Shown here: piece by piece, positions 37,572 to 48,109 of the stretch | Layout: each line of letters begins with the position of its first letter | Position numbering within the stretch: the stretch's first letter is position 1 | Source: an uncultured Bdellovibrionales bacterium | GTDB taxonomy: Bacteria; Patescibacteriota; Minisyncoccia; Moranbacterales; UBA1568 | DNA: 64,000 nt | Assembly: GCA_964612055.1 (NCBI GenBank) | Contig: CAZTBI010000002.1 | Location: 163,529-227,528 of the forward strand | Reading direction: 5' to 3' | The notes under the pieces: model-generated | Told to the model about the DNA's origin: nothing | Database searches by the model: none | The model's input: the letters and a program-made list of their open reading frames with translations, nothing else | Position numbers and translations under genes: made by a program

Positions 37572-40500
37572 ATGTCTGACTATCTCGCTACTAAGGCGCG
37601 CGCTTTTCAATGGATCGGAATTATTCTCGCCATGCTTGTTTTTGCTGGTGCCTACTGGTATTTCAAAGTGCAGGGATCAACGCTCAATCAGTCGGAAAAT
37701 GCATCGTTGACCAGTGGCTTAGTGGGGTTGTGGTCGTACAATGGTGATGATATGTCGAGTACGACGGCCTATGATCGTTCAGGAAATAGTTTTGATGGGA
37801 CTCGTACCAATGGACCGACGCTTATTGCCGGCAGGGCTGGTCAGGCACTCGACTTTGATGGCACGGATGATTATGTGAGCGTGGCTGACAATGCCTCTTT
37901 GGATTTTACAACGAGTGCTGATTTTAGTATTTCCGGCTGGTTTTATCGTGACACCTTTACCACGGACGATACCATTATTGCAAAGCGCAATGGTATCACA
38001 GCAGCAGATGCTGGCTACATTTTATATATTGATGATGCGACGGATCAGATTATCTTTGAAACGTCTGACGGTACCGATGAATTTTCGACAACATCCGTGA
38101 CGACCTTTACCGCGACCGGTTGGCATCATTTTGCCATTGTCTGGGATGATAACTCTGCCACCAATACCGATATTTATATTGATGGTATAGCGAATAATGC
38201 CACTGATAGCGGTAACTCTCTCGCTCAGGCCTCGGTAGGCGATCTTTCCAATGCTCTGGTATTGGCTCATGGGGCTGAGTCCGATGCCGGCAATCCCTTT
38301 GACGGCAGGCTTGATGAAGTACGACTCTATAGCCGTACGCTTGCCGCAGGGGAGATTAAGAGCCTTTTTGATTTAGGGAACCCTGACAAGCTCAATGCGA
38401 GTATTTCTCAGGACCAAGGAACGGGTCGTTTGAGTGCGGGGGTAGCGGGATACTGGCCACTCGATGATAATTCTGGTACTGGTGCGGCAGATAGTAGTAC
38501 CAATAGTAACAACGGTACACTGACCAATGGTCCGACCTGGACGACGGGACAGATTGGAACTGCTGTTGATTTTGATGGTAATAATGATCACGTTTCTGTG
38601 AGTGATGATATAGCTTTAAATGCTACTGATACGGCTGACTTGACGATTACTGGTTGGTTTAATCGTGATACTTTCACAACTGATGATACGGTCATTGCGA
38701 AACGAAACGGTATTGCAGCTGGAGATATTGGTTATATCATTTACATCGATGATGCTACCGACCAGCTTATTTTTGAGGCTTCTGACGGTACCGATGAGTA
38801 TTCGCTGACTTCGGTTTCGACCTTTACCGCCACCGGTTGGCATCATTTTGTAGTGACCTGGGATGAGAATTCGGCTGCTAATTCGGAAATATATATTGAT
38901 GGAGTAGCGAACAATGCTACTGATAGTGGAACCATTGGCAATATTGGTACCTTGACCAATGCCCTCGCCCTCTTTTTTGGAGCAGAAGCTAATGTTGGCG
39001 TAGGCAACCCTTTTGACGGTAAATTAGATGAAGTGCGTTTGTACAACCGGGTGCTTTCGGTAGATGAGATTGGTCGGCTGTATAGTCTTGTTACGCCAAC
39101 TGGTATCGATGCCAGACTCGATGGCTACTGGTCGCTTGATGGTGAGGATATGTCTGCGACGGAGGCTTTTGATCGGAGCGGTGCTGGAGGGACGGGTGCA
39201 CTTATAGGTACGCCGACGAAATCTTTGGGCAGAGTCGGTCAGGCTATCAACTTTGATGGCACGGATGATGGCGTGAGCGTAGCGGATAACCCTATTCTTG
39301 ATGTAGGAAATGCTGTCGATCTGACTGTTTCGGGCTGGTTTAGCCGAGATACCTTTACGACCGATGATACTATCATTGCCAAGAAAAACAACCCGGTTAA
39401 TACGCAGGCCGGATACAGTGCCTATATTGATGATGCTGACGATAAGCTTTACTTTGACGTCTCGGACAACCCAGACAACTACCAGGTTGTTTCGACGCGG
39501 ACGTTTACTGATACGGATTGGCACCATTTCGCCGTTGTCTGGGATCAAGACTCCGCTTCTGGTACGGAAATATATATTGATGGAGTGGCGGACAATGGTA
39601 CTGACACGGGAACTATCGCAAATGTCGACAGTATATCGAATACGCGTGTTTTCGCTATTGGCGCTGAATCCGATGCCGGTAACCCCTTTGATGGAAAAAT
39701 TGATGAAATACGTGTACATAGGCGCGTTTTGTCAGCAAGCGAAATAAAAAGCCTCTATGATCAAGGGGTTCCTGATAAGCTGAATTCAAGTGTCTCACAG
39801 CCTCAGGGTAAAGGTCGTCCAGAATCTGGAATAGCCGCTTACTTCCCCCTTGATGAAAATACGGGTACCGCTGCTGGTGATACGAGTATTAATACGAATA
39901 ATGGAACGCTCACTAATGGTCCGACATGGACCACGGGGCAGATCGGGAGCGCAGTGGATTTCGATGGAACAGATGACTATGTCACGGTCGCTGATAAAGA
40001 CGTTTTTGATTTTGTGGATAGCAGAAACTTTGCTCTCTCTGGTTGGTTTAACCGTGATACGTTTACCACGGATGATACTATCGTGGCGAAACGAAATGGT
40101 ATCACCGCTGGAGACACGGGCTATATTCTCTATATTGATGATGCCACCGATAAGCTGACTTTTGAGGCTTCTGATGGGACTGATGAGTACCAACTAGAGT
40201 CAGTTTCGACCTTTACCGCGACCGGCTGGTATTACTACGCTCTTGTTTGGAATGATAGCGTGAGTGCTTCAACGAGGCTGTATGTTAACGGCATTCCGGA
40301 AGCTGCCACGGCAACGGGGACGTTTTCGAACGTGAACAGTTTGGCAAACTCCGATGCTTTTCGCTTGGGTGCTGAGTCTGATGCTGGCAACCCCTTTGAT
40401 GGAAAAATTGATGATACAAAGCTTTACAACCGCACTTTATCAGGTGATGAGGTGGCGCAAATCTATCGACTCACGACACCGACCGGTATCGATACCAGTC

Positions 40501-41156
40501 TTCGAGCGTACTGGCCTTTCAATGGCGGAGATACGTCTGGCACGATTACTATGGATCGTTCAGGTGGAGGGAATACTGGCACGCTTACGAATACCCCAAC
40601 CAAAACTATCGGTAAAATAGGGCAGGCACTTTCTTTCACGGGGGCGGATAGTGGCACGAACCAATATGTGAATATTCCTTCTGCCACCCTTACTTCGACG
40701 GATAATTTTACTGCTCTTACTCTGTGTGCTTGGATAAAACCTGGTGATCAGATTAATCAATTTCCGGTAATAATAACAAAACATTCGACCTTCTTTACTT
40801 CATGGGATCTCTATCTTGAAGATGGCGGCACTGGGCCGCATGGTTTTGGGACATCTGCGTGGGGGAATTACGTGAGTTCTTCATCGGCACCTCTGGTGCA
40901 GGGAGTATGGGCACATATCTGTGGTGTCCAAGCAGGACAAAATGCTTCAACATACACGTTGTACTATAACGGTACTGATATCACAGGAACTCCGAATGGG
41001 ACGGGGGCCAGAAGTAGTGATACCGGTGGCGACGTATCAATCGGAACATTTGATGCGAGCTCCTGGCAGTACACGGGGTCTATAGACGAGGTGCGTGTCT
41101 ATAATCGCGCCCTTTCAGCAGCGGAAGTAGCGACACTCTACAATCAAGGAAGATAA
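37572..41156 (+). CDS. Large membrane-anchored LamG/concanavalin-like repeat protein (5 domains)
   Basis: Repeated A.DFDG.DD, WHH and F.G.IDEVR.YNR.L motifs; N-terminal TM. Confidence 0.9.
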   Translation: MSDYLATKARAFQWIGIILAMLVFAGAYWYFKVQGSTLNQSENASLTSGLVGLWSYNGDDMSSTTAYDRSGNSFDGTRTNGPTLIAGRAGQALDFDGTDDYVSVADNASLDFTTSADFSISGWFYRDTFTTDDTIIAKRNGITAADAGYILYIDDATDQIIFETSDGTDEFSTTSVTTFTATGWHHFAIVWDDNSATNTDIYIDGIANNATDSGNSLAQASVGDLSNALVLAHGAESDAGNPFDGRLDEVRLYSRTLAAGEIKSLFDLGNPDKLNASISQDQGTGRLSAGVAGYWPLDDNSGTGAADSSTNSNNGTLTNGPTWTTGQIGTAVDFDGNNDHVSVSDDIALNATDTADLTITGWFNRDTFTTDDTVIAKRNGIAAGDIGYIIYIDDATDQLIFEASDGTDEYSLTSVSTFTATGWHHFVVTWDENSAANSEIYIDGVANNATDSGTIGNIGTLTNALALFFGAEANVGVGNPFDGKLDEVRLYNRVLSVDEIGRLYSLVTPTGIDARLDGYWSLDGEDMSATEAFDRSGAGGTGALIGTPTKSLGRVGQAINFDGTDDGVSVADNPILDVGNAVDLTVSGWFSRDTFTTDDTIIAKKNNPVNTQAGYSAYIDDADDKLYFDVSDNPDNYQVVSTRTFTDTDWHHFAVVWDQDSASGTEIYIDGVADNGTDTGTIANVDSISNTRVFAIGAESDAGNPFDGKIDEIRVHRRVLSASEIKSLYDQGVPDKLNSSVSQPQGKGRPESGIAAYFPLDENTGTAAGDTSINTNNGTLTNGPTWTTGQIGSAVDFDGTDDYVTVADKDVFDFVDSRNFALSGWFNRDTFTTDDTIVAKRNGITAGDTGYILYIDDATDKLTFEASDGTDEYQLESVSTFTATGWYYYALVWNDSVSASTRLYVNGIPEAATATGTFSNVNSLANSDAFRLGAESDAGNPFDGKIDDTKLYNRTLSGDEVAQIYRLTTPTGIDTSLRAYWPFNGGDTSGTITMDRSGGGNTGTLTNTPTKTIGKIGQALSFTGADSGTNQYVNIPSATLTSTDNFTALTLCAWIKPGDQINQFPVIITKHSTFFTSWDLYLEDGGTGPHGFGTSAWGNYVSSSSAPLVQGVWAHICGVQAGQNASTYTLYYNGTDITGTPNGTGARSSDTGGDVSIGTFDASSWQYTGSIDEVRVYNRALSAAEVATLYNQGR

Positions 41157-41163
41157 AAGATTT

Positions 41164-42702
41164 ATGTCGTTATCAAGTGAGCTTCGGAATTGGCGCAACA
41201 CTCAAGCACGCATCGAAGGGGTAGAGCAGTATCGGGTTCTTTCGAATGCTGTTTTGGATGCGCTCGTTGGGACTTTGCCTCAAAGTAAAGAAGAGATGCT
41301 CTTGGTCAAGGGTATCAAGGAGGCGAAGTTTTCAAAGTATGGCGCGACCTTACTCCGCATGATCAAGGAGTATGCAGGAAGTAAGAGCGAGGTACGAGAG
41401 ATCTCTTTTTATGAAGAAGGAAAAAAAGAGGATCAGGGACAGCCTGAGGAAAATGTTGATCAGACGCTTTCGGTGAGCGGTTTTTTGGATGGGCTCAATG
41501 TCGAGCTTTCGGGTATGGCGGCACGGGTGCGCGGAGAAGTTTCGAGCGTTGATATTCGCGACAGGGTCGTATACTTTACGCTCAAAGACAGTGCCGATGA
41601 GAGCACGCTCAATTGTCTTATCTTTCGTTTTCAGTATGAAATTTCTGGAGTGGCACTCGCTATTGGTGACGAGATTATCGTCGAAGGAGCGCCAGATATC
41701 TATAAACCAAGCGGACGACTCAGTTTGAAAGTGGGGATGATTGAGCTTTGTGGTGAGGGAGCGCTCAAGAAAGCGTACGATGCTCTGAAGCTGAAGTTTG
41801 AGGAAGAGGGCATGTTTGCTTTAGAGAAGAAGAGAGCGTTGCCACAATTTCCAGAACGTATTGCGCTTATCACTTCTGAGCAAGGGGCAGCCATCGGTGA
41901 CTTCACGATGAATCTCGGAGCCCAGGGACTGAAAGTCGATTTTTATCCGACCAGTGTTGAGGGGAAAAAGGCGGTCTTTGAAATTATTGAAGCGCTGCGC
42001 TACTTCGATCGTCATGCTGACAAGTACGATATTTTGGTAGTAGTCCGTGGCGGAGGGAGTCTTGAGAGTCTGCAGGCTTTTAACAATGAGGCCTTAGTAC
42101 GAGAACTCGCTGCTTCAAAAATCCCGACCCTCCTTGGTGTGGGACACGAGAAAGACGTGACGCTCGCTGCTCTTGCCGCTGATGTTATGGTATCGACACC
42201 GACGGCGACAGCGCGGACACTGCGCGAACCATGGGACGAGGCCAGGGGATTGGTCCGGCATTTTGGAGAGCATCTCCCGATGTTGATGGAGCGAGAACTT
42301 TCGCTTGTGAAAACCGAACTCGGTACTTCGAGTGAGGAGCTTTCGCGAAGATTACGAGGGTTTTTGGAGTACGCCAATACTTTGAAGCAATCTCTGGTAG
42401 AGAAACTTCTTTTAGTACAGTCAGGTATTCGAGAAAAAATGACTCTTTTGGATCAGGGAGAAAAAAATATGGCGCGGGGCTTTCTCCTGGGACTGGAAAG
42501 TGCCAAGAAAGAGCTTGCGTATGCCGAGGATCTCCTCCGTCAGTATGATCCGACCCGTGTACTCAAGCTTGGCTATAGCTTGGTCAAAAGCGGGGCGCGT
42601 ATTGTAAAGGGTGTTGAGGGGCTCCAGGTTGGTGATATACTCGATATACAGTTAAATAAAGGGGTGGTCGGAGCGCGCATTGAAACGATAGTTCCGAAAT
42701 AA
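41164..42702 (+). CDS. xseA: Exodeoxyribonuclease VII large subunit with N-terminal HRDC-like domain
   Basis: OB fold (GEVS, YFTLKD), RGGGS, GVGHEKD, TPTA; N-terminal LRNWR...LPQS..E...KGI...K..KYG. Confidence 0.93.
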   Translation: MSLSSELRNWRNTQARIEGVEQYRVLSNAVLDALVGTLPQSKEEMLLVKGIKEAKFSKYGATLLRMIKEYAGSKSEVREISFYEEGKKEDQGQPEENVDQTLSVSGFLDGLNVELSGMAARVRGEVSSVDIRDRVVYFTLKDSADESTLNCLIFRFQYEISGVALAIGDEIIVEGAPDIYKPSGRLSLKVGMIELCGEGALKKAYDALKLKFEEEGMFALEKKRALPQFPERIALITSEQGAAIGDFTMNLGAQGLKVDFYPTSVEGKKAVFEIIEALRYFDRHADKYDILVVVRGGGSLESLQAFNNEALVRELAASKIPTLLGVGHEKDVTLAALAADVMVSTPTATARTLREPWDEARGLVRHFGEHLPMLMERELSLVKTELGTSSEELSRRLRGFLEYANTLKQSLVEKLLLVQSGIREKMTLLDQGEKNMARGFLLGLESAKKELAYAEDLLRQYDPTRVLKLGYSLVKSGARIVKGVEGLQVGDILDIQLNKGVVGARIETIVPK

Positions 42703-42719
42703 TGTAATAATGTACCACT

Positions 42720-42920
42720 ATGCCGAAAATGAATCTCAGTGACTCGCTCAAGAAAGTGCAGGAAATTATCGCTTGGTTTGATAACCAGGAAGAAGTCGAT
42801 GTCGAGAAGGGATTGGAAAAGATCAAAGAAGGCACTGTCCTCATCAAGGAGAGCCGGACGCGGCTTAAGGAGATTGAAAACGAATTTGAAGTGGTGAAGA
42901 AGGATCTGGAGAAAGAGTAG
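42720..42920 (+). CDS. xseB: Exodeoxyribonuclease VII small subunit
   Basis: 66-aa helical protein directly after xseA. Confidence 0.88.
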   Translation: MPKMNLSDSLKKVQEIIAWFDNQEEVDVEKGLEKIKEGTVLIKESRTRLKEIENEFEVVKKDLEKE

Positions 42921-42940
42921 TTTTTTGTGATTGTCTTTGT

Positions 42941-43037
42941 AAAACCGTAGGAAAAGTAACTTTTTCTCGACGTGTTCCAGCCTCGTCTCAGACAAGTGGA
43001 GCAGTCGATAAAAAATTCTTTTCCCGCGGTTTTTTTC
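42941..43037 (+). other. Long (~95 nt) imperfect intergenic hairpin ending in a T-tract
   Basis: AAAACCGTAGGAAAAG/CTTTTCCCGCGGTTTT, TCGAC/GTCGA and TGTTCCA/TGGAGCA stems. Confidence 0.7.
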
Positions 43038-43113
43038 TTTTGACCTGATACTGATCCGTTTCTTCTAAAAAGTGATATTGTTTGTGATATAATGAGAGCA
43101 AAGAAAAACAAAC

Positions 43114-44817
43114 ATGAAACGATTTTCTGGGGATATTTCTATTGTCTTGGGCGGCGCAGCAGGGCAAGGTGTCCAGACTGTTGAAGCTCTCTTGGTACAG
43201 GTACTGAAACGTGAAGGGTATCATGTTTTTGCGATCAAAGAATACATGTCACGTATTCGTGGTGGCAGTAATTCGACCGAGATTCGTGTTACGAATGGTC
43301 GGCGGCGGGCTTTTGTGAATCGTATTGATATTCTGCTTGCGATGGACAAGGATGTTTTACCGCATCTGGAACACCGTGTTAGTAAAGAGACGATTGTGCT
43401 CGGCGAACGGAGTAAGGTGTGCACTATGACTACTTGTCCGGTAGTTGATGTTCCCTTTACCCAGTTTGCCAATGAATTGGGAAATCCTATCTATACCAGT
43501 ACCGTGGCTGTCGGTGTCACGCTTGGTATGCTCGATGCTGATCAAGAAGTTTTCGAAGGATATCTCAGGGAACGCTTTGCCCGGAAAGGAGAAGAAGTAG
43601 TAGCCAAGAATATTGAAGCAGCGAAGAAAGGATATGCTTTTGGAAAACACCTGGCTTATGATGCCGGTATCGAAGTCCATATCAGTCGTCACGAAAAAGT
43701 GAAGGAAGAAGTACTTGTCGATGGCGTAACCGCGCTTGGTATGGGAACCTTAGCTTCAGGCTGTAATTACATTTCTTCCTATCCGATGTCACCAGGGACT
43801 GGGCTTCTCACTTTTCTAGCTGAGCAGAGTGAAGCGTTTGGAGTGGCAGTGGACCAGGCAGAAGATGAGATTGCGGCGATCAATCAGGGACTAGGTGCCT
43901 GGTACGCCGGTGCTCGGGCTATTGTCACGACTTCAGGTGGTGGTTTTGCGCTCATGACTGAGGGGGTGAGTCTTGCTGGCATTATTGAAACTCCGATCGT
44001 GATCCATATTGGACAACGTCCCGGGCCTGCCACGGGACTACCGACTCGTACTGAACAAGCTGACCTCAACCTCACTCTCTATGCTGGTCATGGAGAATTT
44101 CCTCGGGCTATATTTGCACCAGGCACCCCAGAAGAAGCATTTCTCGCAGCGCAGCAAGCGTTTCATATTGCCGATACCTATCAAATTCCCGTTTTTATTT
44201 TGACGGATCAGTATCTTTTGGATTCTATAAGCAGTTTTCCGAAAGAGTCTCTCAAATACTTGAAGATACAGTCAGGAGTTGTTGTGACGAAGCCCAATTA
44301 CCAGCGCTATGCGCTCACCAAAGATGGCATATCACCCCGGGGTATCCCAGGAAATGGCGAAGGGTTAGTAGGGGTAGATAGCGACGAACATGATGAAGCG
44401 GGGCATATCACTGAGAGTGCCACGATGCGCCTCTCTATGCATGGCAAGCGTCTTTCGAAACTCCTAGCTCTCCGCGAAGAAGCTTTTTTACCGACAGAGA
44501 TTGGTGATGTGGCACATGCTGACACGCTTATTGTAACGTGGGGTTCGAATAAAGGAGTGATCGAGGAAGCATTGGAACTTTCGAAGCGAGAAGATATGGC
44601 GGCTCTTCATTTTTCTCAAGTGTATCCGTTGCCAGAAAAAGCCAAGAAACTTTTCACTCGAAAAAAGATTGTAGTGATGGAAAATAACGCTACTGGGCAG
44701 TTTGCCAATCTTTTGAAATTGGAATATGGCGTGAAGATTTCTGATACGATATTGAAATACGATGGCGATCCATTTTCAGTGGAAGAAGTTGTTCAGAAGC
44801 TAAAGGCTATCGACTAA
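43114..44817 (+). CDS. korA: 2-oxoacid:ferredoxin oxidoreductase alpha subunit (gamma-alpha fusion)
   Basis: [45 protein letters not shown]. Confidence 0.92.
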   Translation: MKRFSGDISIVLGGAAGQGVQTVEALLVQVLKREGYHVFAIKEYMSRIRGGSNSTEIRVTNGRRRAFVNRIDILLAMDKDVLPHLEHRVSKETIVLGERSKVCTMTTCPVVDVPFTQFANELGNPIYTSTVAVGVTLGMLDADQEVFEGYLRERFARKGEEVVAKNIEAAKKGYAFGKHLAYDAGIEVHISRHEKVKEEVLVDGVTALGMGTLASGCNYISSYPMSPGTGLLTFLAEQSEAFGVAVDQAEDEIAAINQGLGAWYAGARAIVTTSGGGFALMTEGVSLAGIIETPIVIHIGQRPGPATGLPTRTEQADLNLTLYAGHGEFPRAIFAPGTPEEAFLAAQQAFHIADTYQIPVFILTDQYLLDSISSFPKESLKYLKIQSGVVVTKPNYQRYALTKDGISPRGIPGNGEGLVGVDSDEHDEAGHITESATMRLSMHGKRLSKLLALREEAFLPTEIGDVAHADTLIVTWGSNKGVIEEALELSKREDMAALHFSQVYPLPEKAKKLFTRKKIVVMENNATGQFANLLKLEYGVKISDTILKYDGDPFSVEEVVQKLKAID

Positions 44818-44828
44818 AGACTGTTCAT

Positions 44829-45686
44829 ATGATCGACAAGAAACTCTACGATATGCCGCAGGAAACCGACATGGCCTGGTGCCCAGGTTGTGGAAACTTT
44901 CCTATTTTGAATATTGTGAAGATGGCTCTGGCGGAGCTTGATATCATGCCCCAGGACGTCGTGATTTGTTCCGGCATCGGTCAGGCAGCCAAGACACCGC
45001 ACTATCTGCGGGTCAATTACTTTAATGGTCTTCATGGTCGGGCGCTGCCACCGGCAACAGCCATCAAAATCACCAATCCTAAATTGACAGTGATAGCGGA
45101 GTCTGGTGATGGCGATACCTATGGCGAAGGAGGGAATCATTTCATGCATGCCATCAGACGCAATCCTGATATCACCAATATTGTTCATAACAACATGGTC
45201 TATGGCCTCACGAAGGGTCAAGCTTCGCCCACCTCAGAAAAAGGAATGAAGACACCGGTACAGGTAGGAGGCGTGGTGATGGAACCCTTCAATCCTTTGG
45301 CAACCGCCCTTTCATTGGGTGCCACTTTTGTGGCCCGAGTTTTTGCGGGAGATATTATGCAATCTAAAGAGATTATCAAAGCGGCCATACAGCATAAGGG
45401 CTATGCCTTAGTTGATGTCTTTCAGCCCTGTGTCGTCTTTAACAAACAAAATACCTATCAATGGTTCAAGCAAAATACCTACTATCTTGATGAAACGCAC
45501 GATAAAACAGATAAAATGAAGGCGCTGGAACTTGCTTTGAATCTGGAACGTATGCCACTGGGGATTCTGTATCAAACAACCGGGCGACCAAGCTATGAAA
45601 CACTGGTACGTAAGGGGGACGACCCACTTCATGAAAGAACGTTTGATAAAAAGGCGTTGGATGGATTGATTGAAAAATACAAGTAG
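44829..45686 (+). CDS. korB: 2-oxoacid:ferredoxin oxidoreductase beta subunit
   Basis: WCPGCG, HGR, GDGD (TPP), [14 protein letters not shown]. Confidence 0.92.
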   Translation: MIDKKLYDMPQETDMAWCPGCGNFPILNIVKMALAELDIMPQDVVICSGIGQAAKTPHYLRVNYFNGLHGRALPPATAIKITNPKLTVIAESGDGDTYGEGGNHFMHAIRRNPDITNIVHNNMVYGLTKGQASPTSEKGMKTPVQVGGVVMEPFNPLATALSLGATFVARVFAGDIMQSKEIIKAAIQHKGYALVDVFQPCVVFNKQNTYQWFKQNTYYLDETHDKTDKMKALELALNLERMPLGILYQTTGRPSYETLVRKGDDPLHERTFDKKALDGLIEKYK

Positions 45687-45689
45687 AAT

Positions 45690-45722
45690 AAAAAAACATC
45701 CCGCATGTGCGGGATGTTTTTT
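45690..45722. terminator. Bidirectional intrinsic terminator
   Basis: AAAAAACATCCCGC-ATGT-GCGGGATGTTTTTT. Confidence 0.85.
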
Positions 45723-46032
45723 AATCGAGGCCGAGTTGGATTCTGGCTTCCTCAGTCATCTTGTCGGCTGTCCACGGTGGATCAAAGGTGAGGTCAACGA
45801 CGACTTCTTCGATAGCTTCGAGCTCCATAACGCGGTCCTCAATTTCTTTTTGAATTTGACCAAAAAGCGGACAACCGATAGTGGTAAGGGTCATGCTAAT
45901 AGTGCAGACGCCTTCTTTGGAAACAGTGATGCTATAGATAAGTCCTAAATCGACAATAGAAACACCAAGCTCGGGATCTAACACGAGCTTGAGCTTTTCT
46001 TGCACTTCTTGTTTGCTTACTTGCTTTGTCAT
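45721..46032 (-). CDS. sufT: Fe-S assembly factor SufT/DUF59
   Basis: DPEL..SIVDLGLIY, TLTT.GCP, FDPPW. Confidence 0.9.
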   Translation of the reverse strand: MTKQVSKQEVQEKLKLVLDPELGVSIVDLGLIYSITVSKEGVCTISMTLTTIGCPLFGQIQKEIEDRVMELEAIEEVVVDLTFDPPWTADKMTEEARIQLGLD

Positions 46033-46305
46033 TTATTCAGGAAAAATTTGCTTGCCAGTAGCGTCCTTGATGCGAATAGCACCGACTGGACAGGCGCGAG
46101 CGGCGTTTAAGATTGTTTCTTGATCATCCTCGTCAACAGTCGCAAGGATACCGGCCTTTCCGGTGTCATCTAAGGCGAAAGCGTTTGGCGCCATAGCGGT
46201 ACAAGGGGCAGCTCCAATACAGATACCGTGATCAACTTCAACGGTCCAGCCATTGTTGAGAGTTACTGGTCCGGCTACTTTGGCTTCATCTTTCCACTGC
46301 GACAT
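46033..46305 (-). CDS. Ferredoxin (single cluster, probably 3Fe-4S)
   Basis: CIGAAPC...CPVGAI; start at ATG 46305. Confidence 0.88.
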   Translation of the reverse strand: MSQWKDEAKVAGPVTLNNGWTVEVDHGICIGAAPCTAMAPNAFALDDTGKAGILATVDEDDQETILNAARACPVGAIRIKDATGKQIFPE

Positions 46306-46339
46306 AGTTTTTCGTGCTAATTGGTTATTCTTACATTTG

Positions 46340-46517
46340 TTATAAACTGAACTTCCCTTTTCTTCCCCTGTGTTTCCCTCGAACATCCCTGACTCGCTTC
46401 GCCGAACAGGGAGCTGCCGAGTCGAGACCGTCCTGTCGACGCTCGACTGTTACCGGCACACTCATCACGGATGTGACCGAGAGAAACGGATGAAGAAAAC
46501 GAAAATTCAGTTCACAA
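46340..46517 (-). ncRNA. Candidate structured RNA, ~178-nt rod-like hairpin inside the suf operon
   Basis: Nested stems AACTGAATTTTC/GGAAGTTCAGTT, TTTTCTTC/GAAGAAAA, GTTTCTCTCG/CGAGGGAAAC, ACATCC/GGATGT, TGCCG/CGGCA, AGTCGAG/CTCGACT; G-U pairs favour the minus strand. Confidence 0.55.
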
Positions 46518-46886
46518 TAGATGGTCGCTGGCTAAAGTTTTCTTCGCGGTCTCGAGCGAGAGGAGTCCGCACTTGATTCGACTCGGTGACAGCGTGACGC
46601 CGAGGAGACTGAGGACATCCTTTGGTTCCATGGCGAGCGCTTCTGGCACCAGTTTCCCAGTAAGTGTTTCTGAGAGGAGAGACGCCGAAGCCTGTGAAAT
46701 AGCGCATCCGACACCGGAAAAACGCACTTCCTTAATGATACCATCTTTCACTACCATGTCCATTTGGAGCTTGTCGCCGCAACTGGCATTGAGCGCTTTT
46801 GCTTGGTGGGTCGGATGATCGAGAGTTCCGTGATTTCTCGGGTTGCGATAATGGTCGAGAATTATCTCTTGATAGATGTCGCTCAT
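46512..46886 (-). CDS. sufU: SufU/IscU-type scaffold or sulfur-transfer protein
   Basis: ILDHY.NPRN, SCGD, GCAIS.AS, R.KC. Confidence 0.92.
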   Translation of the reverse strand: MSDIYQEIILDHYRNPRNHGTLDHPTHQAKALNASCGDKLQMDMVVKDGIIKEVRFSGVGCAISQASASLLSETLTGKLVPEALAMEPKDVLSLLGVTLSPSRIKCGLLSLETAKKTLASDHLL

Positions 46887-48100
46887 AGGATTTTTTCTCT
46901 TACTGCCTGTAATCCGGCGATCAGCTTTTCGATGTCTTCTTCAGTATTGTAGATGGAGAAACTGAGACGGGTGGTAGCGGACAGATCGAGTGTCTCATGA
47001 AGGGGGGCGGCGCACTGGAGTCCGGCCCGGATACAGATATTACGTTCACCTAAGAGATAAGCGGTGTCGTGAGGGTGAACGTCCGAGAGGAGGAAAGAGA
47101 CGATGCCACTCCGCAGCTCTGGGGTATCGAGGCCGATGATTTTTACCTTCTCTCCGAAAGCTTCTTTGAGTCTCTGACAAGCTAAGAGTGCCAAGGTATT
47201 TTCATGAGTGTGGATGGTATCAATACCCATTGCTTCGATGAACTCGATAGCCTGACCGAGACCGATGACGCCAGCGATATTGGGAGTGCCGGATTCGAAA
47301 CGAGCGGGGACTTCTTTGTAGAGCGTCTCTTTGGCACAAGCATCAAGTACCATACCGCCACCGAAAGAAACGGGAGAGAGGGTTTCGAGGAGGGTGTATT
47401 TTCCGTAGAGCACACCGGTGCCAGTCGGACCAAATATCTTATGTCCGGAAAAAGCGATGAAATCAGCATTCCATGTGGCAACATCGACTGGTATATGTCC
47501 GACGGCTTGGGCGGCATCGATAATGACGAGGGTATTAGGATTTCTTTCCTTTACGAGGCGTACTATTTCCTTCACGGGATTGATAATGCCCAAGACATTG
47601 GAGATAGCTCCAAAGGAGGCGATCTTGGTATGGGCATCGACGAACTTTTGGAAGGCTACGAGATCAAGCAGGCCATCTTGCGTGACAGGAACGATACGCA
47701 GCTCCACTTTCTTTTTTTGGCACAATTCTTTCCAGGGGAGAAAGTTGGAATGATGTTCAGCGGCGGTGATAATAATATTGTCTCCTTCTTCAATGCGAGC
47801 AGCGAGGAGGTCAGCTGCGAGATTGATCGAAGCAGTGGTACCAGAAGTGAAAATAATTTCTTCCGGTTTGGCACCGATAAAGGCGGCTACCCTTGCGCGC
47901 GTTTTCTCAAAGGCTTCGGTTGCTTGTTCAGCCATGGGATAGATACCGCGCGCAATATTGGAAGAATACTGTTCGTAGTATTTTGCTTCGGCCGCGATGA
48001 CGGAAATTGGTTTGAGAGCGGTAGCGGCCGAGTCGAGATACACGAGATCTGGTTGATTCGTGAAAAGAGGAAAAGATTTTTTGATATCCTTGAGATCCAT
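46883..48100 (-). CDS. sufS: Cysteine desulfurase
   Basis: YLDSAAT, EHHSN, DAAQ, SGHK, R.G..CA. Confidence 0.93.
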   Translation of the reverse strand: MDLKDIKKSFPLFTNQPDLVYLDSAATALKPISVIAAEAKYYEQYSSNIARGIYPMAEQATEAFEKTRARVAAFIGAKPEEIIFTSGTTASINLAADLLAARIEEGDNIIITAAEHHSNFLPWKELCQKKKVELRIVPVTQDGLLDLVAFQKFVDAHTKIASFGAISNVLGIINPVKEIVRLVKERNPNTLVIIDAAQAVGHIPVDVATWNADFIAFSGHKIFGPTGTGVLYGKYTLLETLSPVSFGGGMVLDACAKETLYKEVPARFESGTPNIAGVIGLGQAIEFIEAMGIDTIHTHENTLALLACQRLKEAFGEKVKIIGLDTPELRSGIVSFLLSDVHPHDTAYLLGERNICIRAGLQCAAPLHETLDLSATTRLSFSIYNTEEDIEKLIAGLQAVREKIL

Positions 48101-48109
48101 AGGGAGTGT

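Noticed and set aside
42941-43037. SRP (4.5S) RNA
   Set aside because: Lacks the conserved CAGG..GNRA..AGCAG apical domain
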